This document shows, one piece after another, positions 14,801 to 29,742 of a stretch of DNA of 64,000 nt. The notes under the pieces were generated by a model. The model saw only the letters and a program-made list of their open reading frames with translations. It was not told the DNA's origin and searched no databases. Positions within the stretch are counted from its first letter, which is position 1; each line of letters begins with the position of its first letter. The stretch lies in assembly GCF_009914755.1 (NCBI RefSeq), contig NC_060948.1, one strand, 5' to 3'. The translations under genes and the position numbers were made by a program. The DNA is from the human T2T-CHM13v2.0 reference genome, Homo sapiens.

Positions 14801-15456
14801 TGGAATCGAATATAATGGAGTCGAATGAAATGGAATTGAAAGGAGTGGGATCGAATACAATGGAATATACTGGAATGTAATGTAATGAACTCGAATGTAG
14901 TTGACTGGAATGGAATGTACATGAATGGAATGTAATCGAATGGAAAGTAATCCAATGGAATAGAATCTCATGCAATAAAACCGACTCAGATAGAGTAGAA
15001 TGTAATGGAATGGAGTGCAGTGCAATGGAATGGAATGGAATGGAATGCAATGGAATGGAATGGAATGGAATGGAATGGAATGGAATGGAATGGGATGGAA
15101 TGGGATGGAATGGATAGTAATGGACTGGAGTGAAATGGACTGGAAAGGAATGGACTCAAATTGAAAGGGCTCGAAAGGAATGGAGTCAAATGGAATGGTC
15201 TGGAATGGAATGAACACGAATGTAATGCAATCCAATAGAATGGAATCGAATGGCATGGAATATAAAGAAATGGAATCGAAGAGAATGGAAACAAATGGAA
15301 TGGAATTGAATGGAATGGAATTGAATGGAATGGGAACGAATGGAGTGAAATTGTATGCAGTAGAAGGGTATAGAATGGAATGCAAGCGAAAGGAAAGGAA
15401 TGGATTGGAATGCAATGGAATTCATTGGAATGGAAGGGAATGTAGTGTAATGGACA
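11894..15456 (+). repeat. DYZ1 unit U4, 3563 bp
   Basis: GGCC-to-GGCC interval; 1-bp deletion at 14076-14080 (caaag vs caaaag). Confidence 0.9.
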
Positions 15457-18400
15457 GGCCTGGAATAAAGTGGAATGCTACGGTCTCGAATGGAATAAAA
15501 ATGTATGGAATGGAATGCAATGAAACGGAATCAAATGTCATAGAATGTAATGGAATGCAAAAAAATGGAATCCAAAATCATTGACTGGAAAGGCTGGGTG
15601 TCGAAAGGAATTGACTCCAATGGAATGGAATCGAATGGAATGGAAGTGAATAGAATCGAACTAAATCGAATGGAATGGAATTGATAGGAACGGAATGGAA
15701 AGGAATGCAATCATTTGGCATGGAATGGAATCGAATGGCATCGAATGGAATGGAATGGAATGCAATGGAATGGAATGTATTAGAATGTAATGAACTTTAA
15801 TGGAATGTACTCGAATGGATTCGACTGGAATGGAATGTTCTGGAAGTGAATGGACTCCAATGGAATGGATTCAAAAGGAATGGAATCGTACGGAATGGAA
15901 TCTAATGGAATGTAATTAAATGGAAATGAATCAAATTGAATAGCACGGAATTGAATTGAATGGAATGGAATGCAATGGAATCTAATGAAACGGAAAGGAA
16001 AGGAATGGAATGGAATGGAATGGGCTGGAATGGAAAGGAATCGAAACGAATGGAATGGAATCGAACTGAAGAGACTGGAATGGAATGCACTGGAATGGAA
16101 GGGAGTGTAATGGAAGGTTCTCGAAAAAAATGGAATCGAATGGAATGGAATTGAATGGAACGGAATAGAGTCGAATGGAATTGAATGGAATGGAATGGAC
16201 TAGAGTGAAATGGAATCGAACCACAAGGAATGGACAGGAATAGAATGGTCTCGAATTGAATGGAATCGTATGGAATGGCATCAAACGGAATGGAATGGAC
16301 AGCCACGGAATGGAATGCACTCGAATGCAATGGAGTCGAAACTAATGGACTGGAATAGAATGGACTCGACTGGTACGGACTCCAATGGAATGGAATCGAA
16401 TGGAAGGGAATCGAACGGAATGGACTCGAAGGGAAAAGACTGCAATGGAAAGGTCTCGAATGGAATGGAAATTAATGGAATGGAATGGAATCGAATGAAA
16501 TGGAGTCAAAAGGAATGGAATCGAATGGCAAGAAATCGAATGTAATGGAATCGCAAGGAATTGATGTGAACGGAACGGAATGGAATGGAATCCAAAGGAA
16601 TGGAATAGAATGGAATGGAATCGAATGGAAAGGACTCGAATGGAAATCACTCGAATAGAATGCAATTTAATAAAATAGGATCAAATGTAATGGAATGGAA
16701 TGGAAAGGAATCGAAACGAAAGGAATGGAGACAGATGGAATGGAATGGAACAGAGAGCAATGGTATAGAATGGAATGGAATCATCTGGAATGGAATTGAA
16801 TGGAATGGAATAATATGAAATGGAATGGAATGGAATGGAATGGAATGCCCTTGAATTAAATGGACTGGAATGGAATGGACTCGAACAGAGTGGAATGGAA
16901 AGTGTTGAGATAGAATGGAATGGACTCCTTTGGAATGGTGTAGTATGCAATGCAATCGACTGGCAGGGAATCAAAAGGAATGTAATGGAATGGATTGGAC
17001 TGGAATGCAATGGACTCGAATAGATTGGAAACGGAATGCAAAGGAATGGAATGGAATAGTATGGAATGGAATGGAAAGGAATGGAGTGGAATAGACTAGA
17101 GTGGAATGGAATGGACTGGAAAGCAATGGACTGGAATGGAACTTTCTTGAATGGACTGGAATCAAACGGAATGGAATGCAATGCAATCAAATGGCATGGA
17201 ATAAAATAGAATGAAAGAGAATCAAATGGAATTGAATCGAATGGAATCGAATGGATTGGAAAGGAATAGAATGGAATGGAATGGAATTGACTCAAATGGA
17301 ATGGACTAGAATGGAATGGATTCGAATGGAAGGCAAAGGAATGGAATCTATTGGAATGGACTGTAATGGAATGGAATGGAAGGGATTGGAATGGACTCGA
17401 ATGGAATGGACTGCAATAGAAAGGATTCGAATGGAATGAAAAAGAATTGAATGGAATAGAACAGAATGGAATCAAATCGAATGAAATGGAATGGAATAGA
17501 AAGGAATGGAATGAAATGGAATGGAAAGGATTCGAATGGAATGCAATCGAATGGAATGGAATCGAACGGAATGGAATAAAATGGAAGAAAACTGGCAAGA
17601 AATGGAATCGAAATGAATGGAGTGTTATGGAACGGACTCAAAAGGAATTGAATGTAATAGAATGGAGTGGAGTGGACTCGAATATAATGGACTGGAATGG
17701 AATGAAATCACATGGAATGGGAACGAATGGAATGGAATGGAAAGGAATGGAATCGAATGGAAAGGAATCGAATGGAAGGGAATGAAATTGAATCAACAGG
17801 AATGGAAGGGAATAGAATAGACGGTAATGGAATGGACTCGAATAGAATGGACACGAATGCTGAAATTGAATGGACTCGAATGGAATGGAAACGAAAGGAA
17901 TGTCATCGAATGGAATTGAATGGATTGGAATGAAATCGCATAGAATGGAGTGGAATCAAATGGAATTGAATCGAAAGGAAAGGAAGCGAATGGACTGAAA
18001 TGAAATGGAATGGAATTGAATGGAAAGTAATGCAATGGAATAGAATGGAACGAAATTTCACGGAATGGAATCAAACTGAATGGAATCAAATCAATGGAAT
18101 CAAATCAAATGGAATGGAAAGGAATTGAATGGAGTAGATTGGATTCGAAGGGATTGGAATGAAATGTACTGGAAACGACTCGAATTTCATGAAACGGAAT
18201 GGAATGAATTGGAACGGAATGGACTCGAATGGAATGGAATGTCATGGAATGGCATCAAATGGAATGGCATCAAATGGAATGGAATCGAATGCAATGGAAT
18301 GCTATGGAATGGAATGGAATGCATTGGAATGGAATGTCCTCTAATGGAATGGATTCGAGTGGAATGGAATCGAATATAATGGAGTCGAATGAAATGGAAT

Positions 18401-19025
18401 TGAAAGGAGTGGGATCGAATACAATGGAATATACTGGAATGTAATGTAATGAACTCGAATGTAATTGACTGGAATGGAATGTACATGAATGGAATGTAAT
18501 CGAATGGAAAGTAATCCAATGGAATAGAATCTAATGCAATAAAACCGACTCAGATAGAGTAGAATGTAATGGAATGGAGTGCAGTGCAATGGAATGGAAT
18601 GGAATGGAATGCAATGGAATGGAATGGAATGGAATGGAATGGAATGGAATGGAATGGAATGGGATGGAATGGGATGGAATGGATAGTAATGGACTGGAGT
18701 GAAATGGACTGGAAAGGAATGGACTCAAATTGAAAGGGCTCGAAAGGAATGGAGTCAAATGGAATGGTCTGGAATGGAATGAACACGAATGTAATGCAAT
18801 CCAATAGAATGGAATCGAATGGCATGGAATATAAAGAAATGGAATCGAAGAGAATGGAAACAAATGGAATGGAATTGAATGGAATGGAATTGAATGGAAT
18901 GGGAACGAATGGAGTGAAATTGTATGCAGTAGAAGGGAATAGAATGGAATGCAAGCGAAAGGAAAGGAATGGATTGGAATGGAATGGAATTCATTGGAAT
19001 GGAAGGGAATGTAGTGTAATGGACA
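15457..19025 (+). repeat. DYZ1 unit U5, 3569 bp
   Basis: GGCC-to-GGCC interval. Confidence 0.9.
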
Positions 19026-22000
19026 GGCCTGGAATAAAGTGGAATGCTACGGTCTCGAATGGAATAAAAATGTATGGAATGGAATGCAATGAAACGGAAT
19101 CGAATGTCATAGAATGTAATGGAATGCAAAAAAATGGAATCCAAAATCATTGACTGGAAAGGCTGGGTGTCGAAAGGAATTGACTCCAATGGAATGGAAT
19201 CGAATGGAATGGAAGTGAATAGAATCGAACTAAATCGAATGGAATGGAATTGATAGGAACGGAATGGAAAGGAATGCAATGATTTGGCATGGAATGGAAT
19301 CGAATGGCATCGAATGGAATGGAATGGAATGCAATGGAATGGAATGTATTAGAATGTAATGAACTTTAATGGAATGTACTCGAATGGATTCGACTGGAAT
19401 GGAATGTTGTGGAAGTGAATGGACTCCAATGGAATGGATTCAAAAGGAATGGAATCGTACGGAATGGAATCTAATGGAATGGAATTAAATGGAAATGAAT
19501 CAAATTGAATAGCACGGAATTGAATTGAATGGAATGGAATGCAATGGAATCTAATGAAACGGAAAGGAAAGGAATGGAATGGAATGGAATGGGCTGGAAT
19601 GGAAAGGAATCGAAACGAATGGAATGGAATCGAACTGAAGAGACTGGAATGGAATGCACTGGAATGGAAGGGAGTGTAATGGAAGGTTCTCGAAAAAAAT
19701 GGAATCGAATGGAATGGAATTGAATGGAACGGAATGGAGTCGAATGGAATTGAATGGAATGGAATGGACTAGAGTGAAATGGAATCGAACCACAAGGAAT
19801 GGACAGGAATAGAATGGTCTCGAATTGAATGGAATCGTATGGAATGGCATCAAACGGAATGGAATGGACAGCCACGGAATGGAATGCACTCGAATGCAAT
19901 GGAGTCGAAACTAATGGACTGGAATAGAATGGACTCGACTGGTACGGACTCCAATGGAATGGAATCGAATGGAAGGGAATCGAACGGAATGGACTCGAAG
20001 GGAAAAGACTGCAATGGAAAGGTCTCGAATGGAATGGAAATTAATGGAATGGAATGGAATCGAATGAAATGGAGTCAAAAGGAATGGAATCGAATGGCAA
20101 GAAATCGAATGTAATGGAATCGCAAGGAATTGATGTGAACGGAACGGAATGGAATGGAATCCAAAGGAATGGAATAGAATGGAATGGAATCGAATGGAAA
20201 GGACTCGAATGGAAATCACTCGAATAGAATGCAATTTAATAAAATAGGATCAAATGTAATGGAATGGAATGGAAAGGAATCGAAACGAAAGGAATGGAGA
20301 CAGATGGAATGGAATGGAACAGAGAGCAATGGTATAGAATGGAATGGAATCATCTGGAATGGAATTGAATGGAATGGAATAATATGAAATGGAATGGAAT
20401 GGAATGGAACGGAATGCCCTTGAATTAAATGGACTGGAATGGAATGGACTCGAACAGAGTGGAATGGAAAGTGTTGAGATAGAATGGAATGGACTCCTTT
20501 GGAATGGTGTAGTATGCAATGCAATCGACTGGCAGGGAATCAAAAGGAATGTAATGGAATGGATTGGACTGGAATGCAATGGACTCGAATAGATTGGAAA
20601 CGGAATGCAAAGGAATGGAATGGAATAGTATGGAATGGAATGGAAAGGAATGGAGTGGAATAGACTAGAGTGGAATGGAATGGACTGGAAAGCAATGGAC
20701 TGGAATGGAACTTTCTTGAATGGACTGGAATCAAACGGAATGGAATGCAATGCAATCAAATGGCATGGAATAAAATAGAATGAAAGAGAATCAAATGGAA
20801 TTGAATCGAATGGAATCGAATGGATTGGAAAGGAATAGAATGGAATGGAATGGAATTGACTCAAATGGAATGGACTAGAATGGAATGGATTCGAATGGAA
20901 GGCAAAGGAATGGAATCTATTGGAATGGACTGTAATGGAATGGAATGGAAGGGATTGGAATGGACTCGAATGGAATGGACTGCAATAGAAAGGATTCGAA
21001 TGGAATGAAAAAGAATTGAATGGAATAGAACAGAATGGAATCAAATCGAATGAAATGGAATGGAATAGAAAGGAATGGAATGAAATGGAATGGAAAGGAT
21101 TCGAATGGAATGCAATCGAATGGAATGGAATCGAACGGAATGGAATAAAATGGAAGAAAACTGGCAAGAAATGGAATAGAAATGAATGGAGTGTTATGGA
21201 ACGGACTCAAAAGGAATTGAATGTAATAGAATGGAGTGGAGTGGACTCGAATATAATGGACTGGAATGGAATGAAATCACATGGAATGGGAACGAATGGA
21301 ATGGAATGGAAAGGAATGGAATCGAATGGAAAGGAATCGAATGGAAGGGAATGAAATTGAATCAACAGGAATGGAAGGGAATAGAATAGACGGTAATGGA
21401 ATGGACTCGAATAGAATGGACACGAATGCTCAAATTGAATGGACTCGAATGGAATGGAAACGAAAGGAATGTCATCGAATGGAATTGAATGGATTGGAAT
21501 GAAATCGCATAGAATGGAGTGGAATCAAATGGAATTGAATCGAAAGGAAAGGAAGCGAATGGACTGAAATGAAATGGAATGGAATTGAATGGAAAGTAAT
21601 GCAATGGAATAGAATGGAACGAAATTTCACGGAATGGAATCAAACTGAATGGAATCAAATCAATGGAATCAAATCAAATGGAATGGAAAGGAATTGAATG
21701 GAGTAGATTGGATTGGATGGGATTGGAATGAAATGTACAGGAAAGGACTCGAATTTCATGAAACGGAATGGAATGAATTGGAACGGAATGGACTCGAATG
21801 GAATGGAATGTCATGGAATGGCATCAAATGGAATGGCATCAAATGGAATGGAATCGAATGCAATGGAATGCTATGGAATGGAATGGAATGCATTGGAATG
21901 GAATGTCCTCTAATGGAATGGATTCGAGTGGAATGGAATCGAATATAATGGAGTCGAATGAAATGGAATTGAAAGGAATGGGATCGAATACAATGGAATA

Positions 22001-22594
22001 TACTGGAATGTAATGTAATGAACTCGAATGTAATTGACTGGAATGGAATGTACATGAATGGAATGTAATCGAATGGAAAGTAATCCAATGGAATAGAATC
22101 TAATGCAATAAAACCGACTCAGATAGAGTAGAATGTAATGGAATGGAGTGCAGTGCAATGGAATGGAATGGAACTGAATGTAATGGAATGGAATGGAATG
22201 GAATGGAATGGAAAGGAATGGAATGGAATGGGATGGAATGGTATGGAATGGATAGTAATGGACTGGAGTGAAATGGACTGGAAAGGAATGGACTCAAATT
22301 GAAAGGGCTCGAAAGGAATGGAGTCAAATGGAATGGTCTGGAATGGAATGAACACGAATGTAATGCAATCCAATAGAATGGAATCGAATGGCATGGAATA
22401 TAAAGAAATGGAATCGGAGAGAATGGAAACAAATGGTATGGAATTGAATGGAATGGAATTGAATGGAATGGGAACGAATGGAGTGAAATTGTATGCAGTA
22501 GAAGGGAATAGAATGGAATGCAAGCGAAAGGAAAGGAATGGATTGGAATGGAATGGAATTCATTGGAATGGAAGGGAATGTAGTGTAATGGACA
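19026..22594 (+). repeat. DYZ1 unit U6, 3569 bp
   Basis: GGCC-to-GGCC interval. Confidence 0.9.
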
Positions 22595-25500
22595 GGCCTG
22601 GAATAAAGTGGAATGCTACGGTCTCGAATGGAATAAAAATGTATGGAATGGAATGCAATGAAACGGAATCGAATGTCATAGAATGTAATGGAATGCAACA
22701 AAATGGAATCCAAAATCATTGACTGGAAAGGCTGGGTGTCGAAAGGAATTGACTCCAATGGAATGGAATCGAATGGAATGGAAGTGAATAGAATCGAACT
22801 AAATCGAATGGAATGGAATTGATAGGAACGGAATGGAAAGGAATGCAATGATTTGGCATGGAATGGAATCGAATGGCATCGAATGGAATGGAATGGAATG
22901 CAATGGAATGGAATGTATTAGAATGTAATGAACTTTAATGGAATGTACTCGAATGGATTCGACTGGAATGGAATGTTCTGGAAGTGAATGGACTCCAATG
23001 GAATGGATTCCAAAGGAATGGAATCGTACGGAATGGAATCTAATGGAATGGAATTAAATGGAAATGAATCAAATTGAATAGCACGGAATTGAATTGAATG
23101 GAATGGAATGCAATGGAATCTAATGAAACGGAAAGGAAAGGAATGGAATGGAATGGAATGGGCTGGAATGGAAAGGAATCGAAACGAATGGAATGGAATC
23201 GAACTGAAGAGACTGGAATGGAATGCACTGGAATGGAAGGGAGTGTAATGGAAGGTTCTCGAAAAAAATGGAATCGAATGGAATGGAATTGAATGGAACG
23301 GAATAGAGTCGAATGGAATTGAATGGAATGGAATGGACTAGAGTGAAATGGAATCGAACCACAAGGAATGGAGAGGAATAGAATGGTCTCGAATTGAATG
23401 GAATCGTATGGAATGGCATCAAACGGAATGGAATGGACAGCCACGGAATGGAATGCACTCGAATGCAATGGAGTCGAAACTAATGGACTGGAATAGAATG
23501 GACTCGACTGGTACGGACTCCAATGGAATGGAATCGAATGGAAGGGAATCGAACGGAATGGACTCGAAGGGAAAAGACTGCAATGGAAAGGTCTCGAATG
23601 GAATGGAAATTAATGGAATGGAATGGAAACGAATGAAATGGAGTCAAAAGGAATGCAATCGAATGGCAAGAAATCGAATGTAATGGAATCGCAAGGAATT
23701 GATGTGAACGGAACGGAATGGAATGGAATCCAAAGGAATGGAATAGAATGGAATGGAATCGAATGGAAAGGACTCGAATGGAAATCACTCGAATAGAATG
23801 CAATTTAATAAAATAGGATCAAATGTAATGGAATGGAATGGAAAGGAATCGAAACGAAAGGAATGGAGACAGATGGAATGGAATGGAACAGAGAGCAATG
23901 GTATAGAATGGAATGGAATCATCTGGAATGGAATTGAATGGAATGGAATAATATGAAATGGAATGGAATGGAATGGAATGGAATGCCCTTGAATTAAATG
24001 GACTGGAATGGAATGGACTCGAACAGAGTGGAATGGAAAGTGTTGAGATAGAATGGAATGGACTCCTTTGGAATGGTGTAGTATGCAATGCAATCGACTG
24101 GCAGGGAATCAAAAGGAATGTAATGGAATGGACTGGACTGGAATGCAATGGACTCGAATAGATTGGAAACGGAATGCAAAGGAATGGAATGGAATAGTAT
24201 GGAATGGAATGGAAAGGAATGGAGTGGAATAGAATAGAGTGGAATGGAATGGAGTGGAAAGCAATGGACTGGAATGGAACTTTCTTGAATGGACTGGAAT
24301 CAAACGGAATGGAATGCAATGCAATCAAATGGCATGGAATAAAATAGAATGAAAGAGAATCAAATGGAATTGAATCGAATGGAATCGAATGGATTGGAAA
24401 GGAATAGAATGGAATGGAATGGAATGGACTCAAATGGAATGGACTAGAATGGAATGGATTCGAATGGAAGGCAAAGGAATGGAATCTATTGGAATGGACT
24501 GTAATGGAATGGAATGGAAGGGATTGGAATGGACTCGAATGGAATGGACTGCAATAGAAAGGATTCGAATGGAATGAAAAAGAATTGAATGGAATAGAAC
24601 AGAATGGAATCAAATCGAATGAAATGGAATGGAATAGAAAGGAATGGAATGAAATGGAATGGAAAGGATTCGAATGGAATGCAATCGAATGGAATGGAAT
24701 CGAACGGAATGGAATAAAATGGAAGAAAACTGGCAAGAAATGGAATCGAAATGAATGGAGTGTTATGGAACGGACTCAAAAGGAATTGAATGTAATAGAA
24801 TGGAGTGGAGTGGACTCGAATATAATGGACTGGAATGGAATGAAATCACATGGAATGGGAACGAATGGAATGGAAAGGAATGGAATCGAATGGAAAGGAA
24901 TCGAATGGAAGGGAATGAAATTGAATCAACAGGAATGGAAGGGAATAGAATAGACGGTAATGGAATGGACTCGAATAGAATGGACACGAATGCTCAAATT
25001 GAATGGACTCGAATGGAATGGAAACGAAAGGAATGTCATCGAATGGAATTGAATCGATTGGAATGAAATCGCATAGAATGGAGTGGAATCAAATGGAATT
25101 GAATCGAAAGGAAAGGAAGCGAATGGACTGAAATGAAATGGAATGGAATTGAATGGAAAGTAATGCAATGGAATAGAATGGAACGAAATTTCACGGAATG
25201 GAATCAAACTGAATGGAATCAAATCAATGGAATCAAATCAAATGGAATGGAAAGGAATTGAATGGAGTAGATTGGATTGGATGGGATTGGAATGAAATGT
25301 ACTGGAAAGGACTCGAATTTCATGAAACGGAATGGAATGAATTGGAACGGAATGGACTCGAATGGAATGGAATGTCATGGAATGGCATCAAATGGAATGG
25401 CATCAAATGGAATGGAATCGAATGCAATGGAATGCTATGGAATGGAATGGAATGCATTGGAATGGAATGTCCTCTAATGGAATGGATTCGAGTGGAATGG

Positions 25501-26168
25501 AATCGAATATAATGGAGTCGAATGAAATGGAATTGAAAGGAATGGGATCGAATAGAATGGAATATACTGGAATGTAATGTAATGAACTCGAATGTAATTG
25601 AATGGAATGGAATGTACATGAATGGAATGTAATCGAATGGAAAGTAATCCAATGGAATAGAATCTAATGCAATAAAACCGACTCAGATAGAGTAGAATGT
25701 AATGGAATGGAGTGCAGTACAATGGAAGGGAATGGAATTGAATGCAATAGAATGGAATGGAATGGAATGGAATGGAATGGAATGGAATGGAATGGAATGG
25801 AATGGGATGGAATGGTATGGAATGGATAGTAATGGACTGGAGTGAAATGGACTGGAAAGGATTGGACTGAAATTGAAAGGGCTCGAAAGGAATGGAGTCA
25901 AATGGAATGGTCTGGAATGGAATGAACACGAATGTAAAGCAATCCAATAGAATGGAATCGAATGGCATGGAATATAAAGAAATGGAATCGAAGAGAATGG
26001 AAACAAATGGAATGGAATTGAATGGAATGGAATTGAATGGAATGGGAACGAATGGAGTGAAATTGTATGCAGTAGAAGGGAATAGAATGGAATGCAAGCG
26101 AAAGGAAAGGAATGGATTGGAATGGAATGGAATTCATTTGAATGGAAGGGAATGTAGTGTAATGGACA
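22595..26168 (+). repeat. DYZ1 unit U7, 3574 bp
   Basis: GGCC-to-GGCC interval; one-pentamer deletion near 24866 and an expanded (GGAAT)10 at 25754-25803. Confidence 0.9.
25754..25803 (+). repeat. Pure (GGAAT)10 tract at the length-variable intra-unit microsatellite (site A)
   Basis: Ten perfect pentamers; the homologous tract differs in length in other units. Confidence 0.9.
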
Positions 26169-29100
26169 GGCCTGGAATAAAGTGGAATGCTACGGTCTCG
26201 AATGGAATAAAAATATATGGAATGGAATGCAATGAAACGGAATCGAATGTCATAGAATGTAATGGAATGCAAAAAAATGGAATCCAAAATCATTGACTGG
26301 AAAGGCTGGGTGTCGAAAGGAATTGACTCCAATGGAATGGAATCGAATGGAATGGAAGTGAATAGAATCGAACTAAATCGAATGGAATGGAATTGATAGG
26401 AACGGAATGGAAAGGAATGCAATGATTTGGCATGGAATGGAATCGAATGGCATCGAATGGAATGGAATGGAATGCAATGGAATGGAATGTATTAGAATGT
26501 AATGAACTTTAATGGAATGTACTCGAATGGATTCGACTGGAATGGAATGTTCTGGAAGTGAATGGACTCCAATGGAATGGATTCAAAAGGAATGGAATCG
26601 TACGGAATGGAATCTAATGGAATGGAATTAAATGGAAATGAATCAAATTGAATAGCACGGAATTGAATTGAATGGAATGGAATGCAATGGAATCTAATGA
26701 AACGGAAAGGAAAGGAATGGAATGGAATGGAATGGACTGGAATGGAAAGGAATCGAAACGAATGGAATGGAATCGAACTGAAGAGACTGGAATGGAATGC
26801 ACTGGAATGGAAGGGAGTGTAATGGAAGGTTCTCGAAAAAAATGGAATGGAATGGAATGGAATTGAATGGAACGGAATAGAGTCGAATGGAATTGAATGG
26901 AATGGAATGGACTAGAGTGAAATGGAATCGAACCACAAGGAATGGACAGGAATAGAATGGTCTCGAATTGAATGGAATCGTATGGAATGGCATCAAACGG
27001 AATGGAATGGACAGCCACGGAATGGAATGCACTCGAATGCAATGGAGTCGAAACTAATGGACTGGAATAGAATGGACTCGACTGGTACGGACTCCAATGG
27101 AATGGAATCGAATGGAAGGGAATCGAACGGAATGGACTCGAAGGGAAAAGACTGCAATGGAAAGGTCTCGAATGGAATGGAAATTAATGGAATGGAATGG
27201 AATCGAATGAAATGGAGTCAAAAGGAATGGAATCGAATGGCAAGAAATCGAATGTAATGGAATCGCAAGGAATTGATGTGAACGGAACGGAATGGAATGG
27301 AATCCAAAGGAATGGAATAGAATGGAATGGAATCGAATGGAAAGGACTCGAATGGAAATCACTCGAATAGAATGCAATTTAATAAAATAGGATCAAATGT
27401 AATTGAATGGAATGGAAAGGAATCGAAACGAAAGGAATGGAGACAGATGGAATGGAATGGAACAGAGAGCAATGGTATAGAATGGAATGGAATCATCTGG
27501 AAAGGAATTGAATGGAATGGAATAATATGAAATGGAATGGAATGGAATGGAATGGAATGCCCTTGAATTAAATGGACTGGAATGGAATGGACTCGAACAG
27601 AGTGGAATGGAAAGTGTTGAGATAGAATGGAATGGACTCCTTTAGAATGGTGTAGTATGCAATGCAATCGACTGGCAGGGAATCAAAAGGAATGTAATCG
27701 AATGGATTGGACTGGAATGCAATGGACTCGAATAGATTGGAAACGGAATGCAAAGGAATGGAATGGAATAGTATGGAATGGAATGGAAAGGAATGGAGTG
27801 GAATAGACTAGAGTGGAATGGAATGGACTGGAAAGCAATGGACTGGAATGGAACTTTCTTGAATGGACTGGAATCAAACGGAATGGAATGCAATGCAATC
27901 AAATGGCATGGAATAAAATAGAATGAAAGAGAATCAAATGGAATTGAATCGAATGCAATCGAATGGATTGGAAAGGAATAGAATGGAATGGAATGGAATT
28001 GACTCAAATGGAATGGACTAGAATGGAATGGATTCGAATGGAAGGCAAAGGAATGGAATCTATTGGAATGGACTGTAATGGAATGGAATGGAAGGGATTG
28101 CAATGGACTCGAATGCAATGGACTGCAATAGAAAGGATTCGAATGGAATGAAAAAGAATTGAATGGAATAGAACAGAATGGAATCAAATCGAATGAAATG
28201 GAATGGAATAGAAAGGAATGGAATGAAATGGAATGGAAAGGATTCGAATGGAATGCAATCGAATGGAATGGAGTCGTACGGAATGGAATAAAATGGAAGA
28301 AAACTGGCAAGAAATGGAATCGAAATGAATGGAGTGTTATGGAACGGACTCAAAAGGAATTGAATGTAATAGAATGGAGTGGAGTGGACTCGAATATAAT
28401 GGACTGGAATGGAATGAAATCACATGGAATGGGAACGAATGGAATGGAATGGAAAGGAATGGAATCGAATGGAAAGGAATCGAATGGAAGGGAATGAAAT
28501 TGAATCAACAGGAATGGAAGGGAATAGAATAGACGGTAATGGAATGGACTCGAATAGAATGGACACGAATGCTCAAATTGAATGGACTCGAATGGAATGG
28601 AAACGAAAGGAATGTCATCGAATGGAATTGAATCGATTGGAATGAAATCGAATAGAATGGAGTGGAATCAAATGGAATTGAATCGAAAGGAAAGGAAGCG
28701 AATGGACTGAAATGAAATGGAATGGAATTGAATGGAAAGTAATGCAATGGAATAGAATGGAACGAAATTTCACGGAATGGAATCAAACTGAATGGAATCA
28801 AATCAATGGAATCAAATCAAATGGAATGGAAAGGAATTGAATGGAGTAGATTGGATTGGATGGGATTGGAATGAAATGTACTGGAAAGGACTCGAATTTC
28901 ATGAAACGGAATGGAATGAATTGGAACGGAATGGACTCGAATGGAATGGAATGTCATGGAATGGCATCAAATGGAATGGCATCAAATGGAATGGAATCGA
29001 ATGCAATGGAATGCTATGGAATGGAATGGAATGCATTGGAATGGAATGTCCTCTAATGGAATGGATTCGAGTGGAATGGAATCGAATATAATGGAGTCGA

Positions 29101-29742
29101 ATGAAATGGAATTGAAAGGAATGGGATCGAATAGAATGGAATATACTGGAATGTAATGTAATGAACTCGAATGTAATTGACTGGAATGGAATGTACATGA
29201 ATGGAATGTAATCGAATGGAAAGTAATCCAATGGAATAGAATCTAATGCAATAAAACCGACTCAGATAGAGTAGAATGTAATGGAATGGAGTGCAGTACA
29301 ATGGAAGGGAATGGAATTGAATGCAATAGAATGGAATGGAATGGAATGGAATGGAATGGAATGGAATGGAATGGAATGGGATGGAATGGTATGGAATGGA
29401 TAGTAATGGACTGGAGTGAAATGGACTGGAAAGGATTGGACTGAAATTGAAAGGGCTCGAAAGGAATGGAGTCAAATGGAATGGTCTGGAATGGAATGAA
29501 CACGAATGTAAAGCAATCCAATAGAATGGAATCGAATGGCATGGAATATAAAGAAATGGAATCGAAGAGAATGGAAACAAATGGAATGGAATTGAATGGA
29601 ATGGAATTGAATGGAATGGGAACGAATGGAGTGAAATTGTATGCAGTAGAAGGGAATAGAATGGAATGCAAGCGAAAGGAAAGGAATGGATTGGAATGGA
29701 ATGGAATTCATTGGAATGGAAGGGAATGTAGTGTAATGGACA
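26169..29742 (+). repeat. DYZ1 unit U8, 3574 bp
   Basis: GGCC-to-GGCC interval. Confidence 0.9.
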
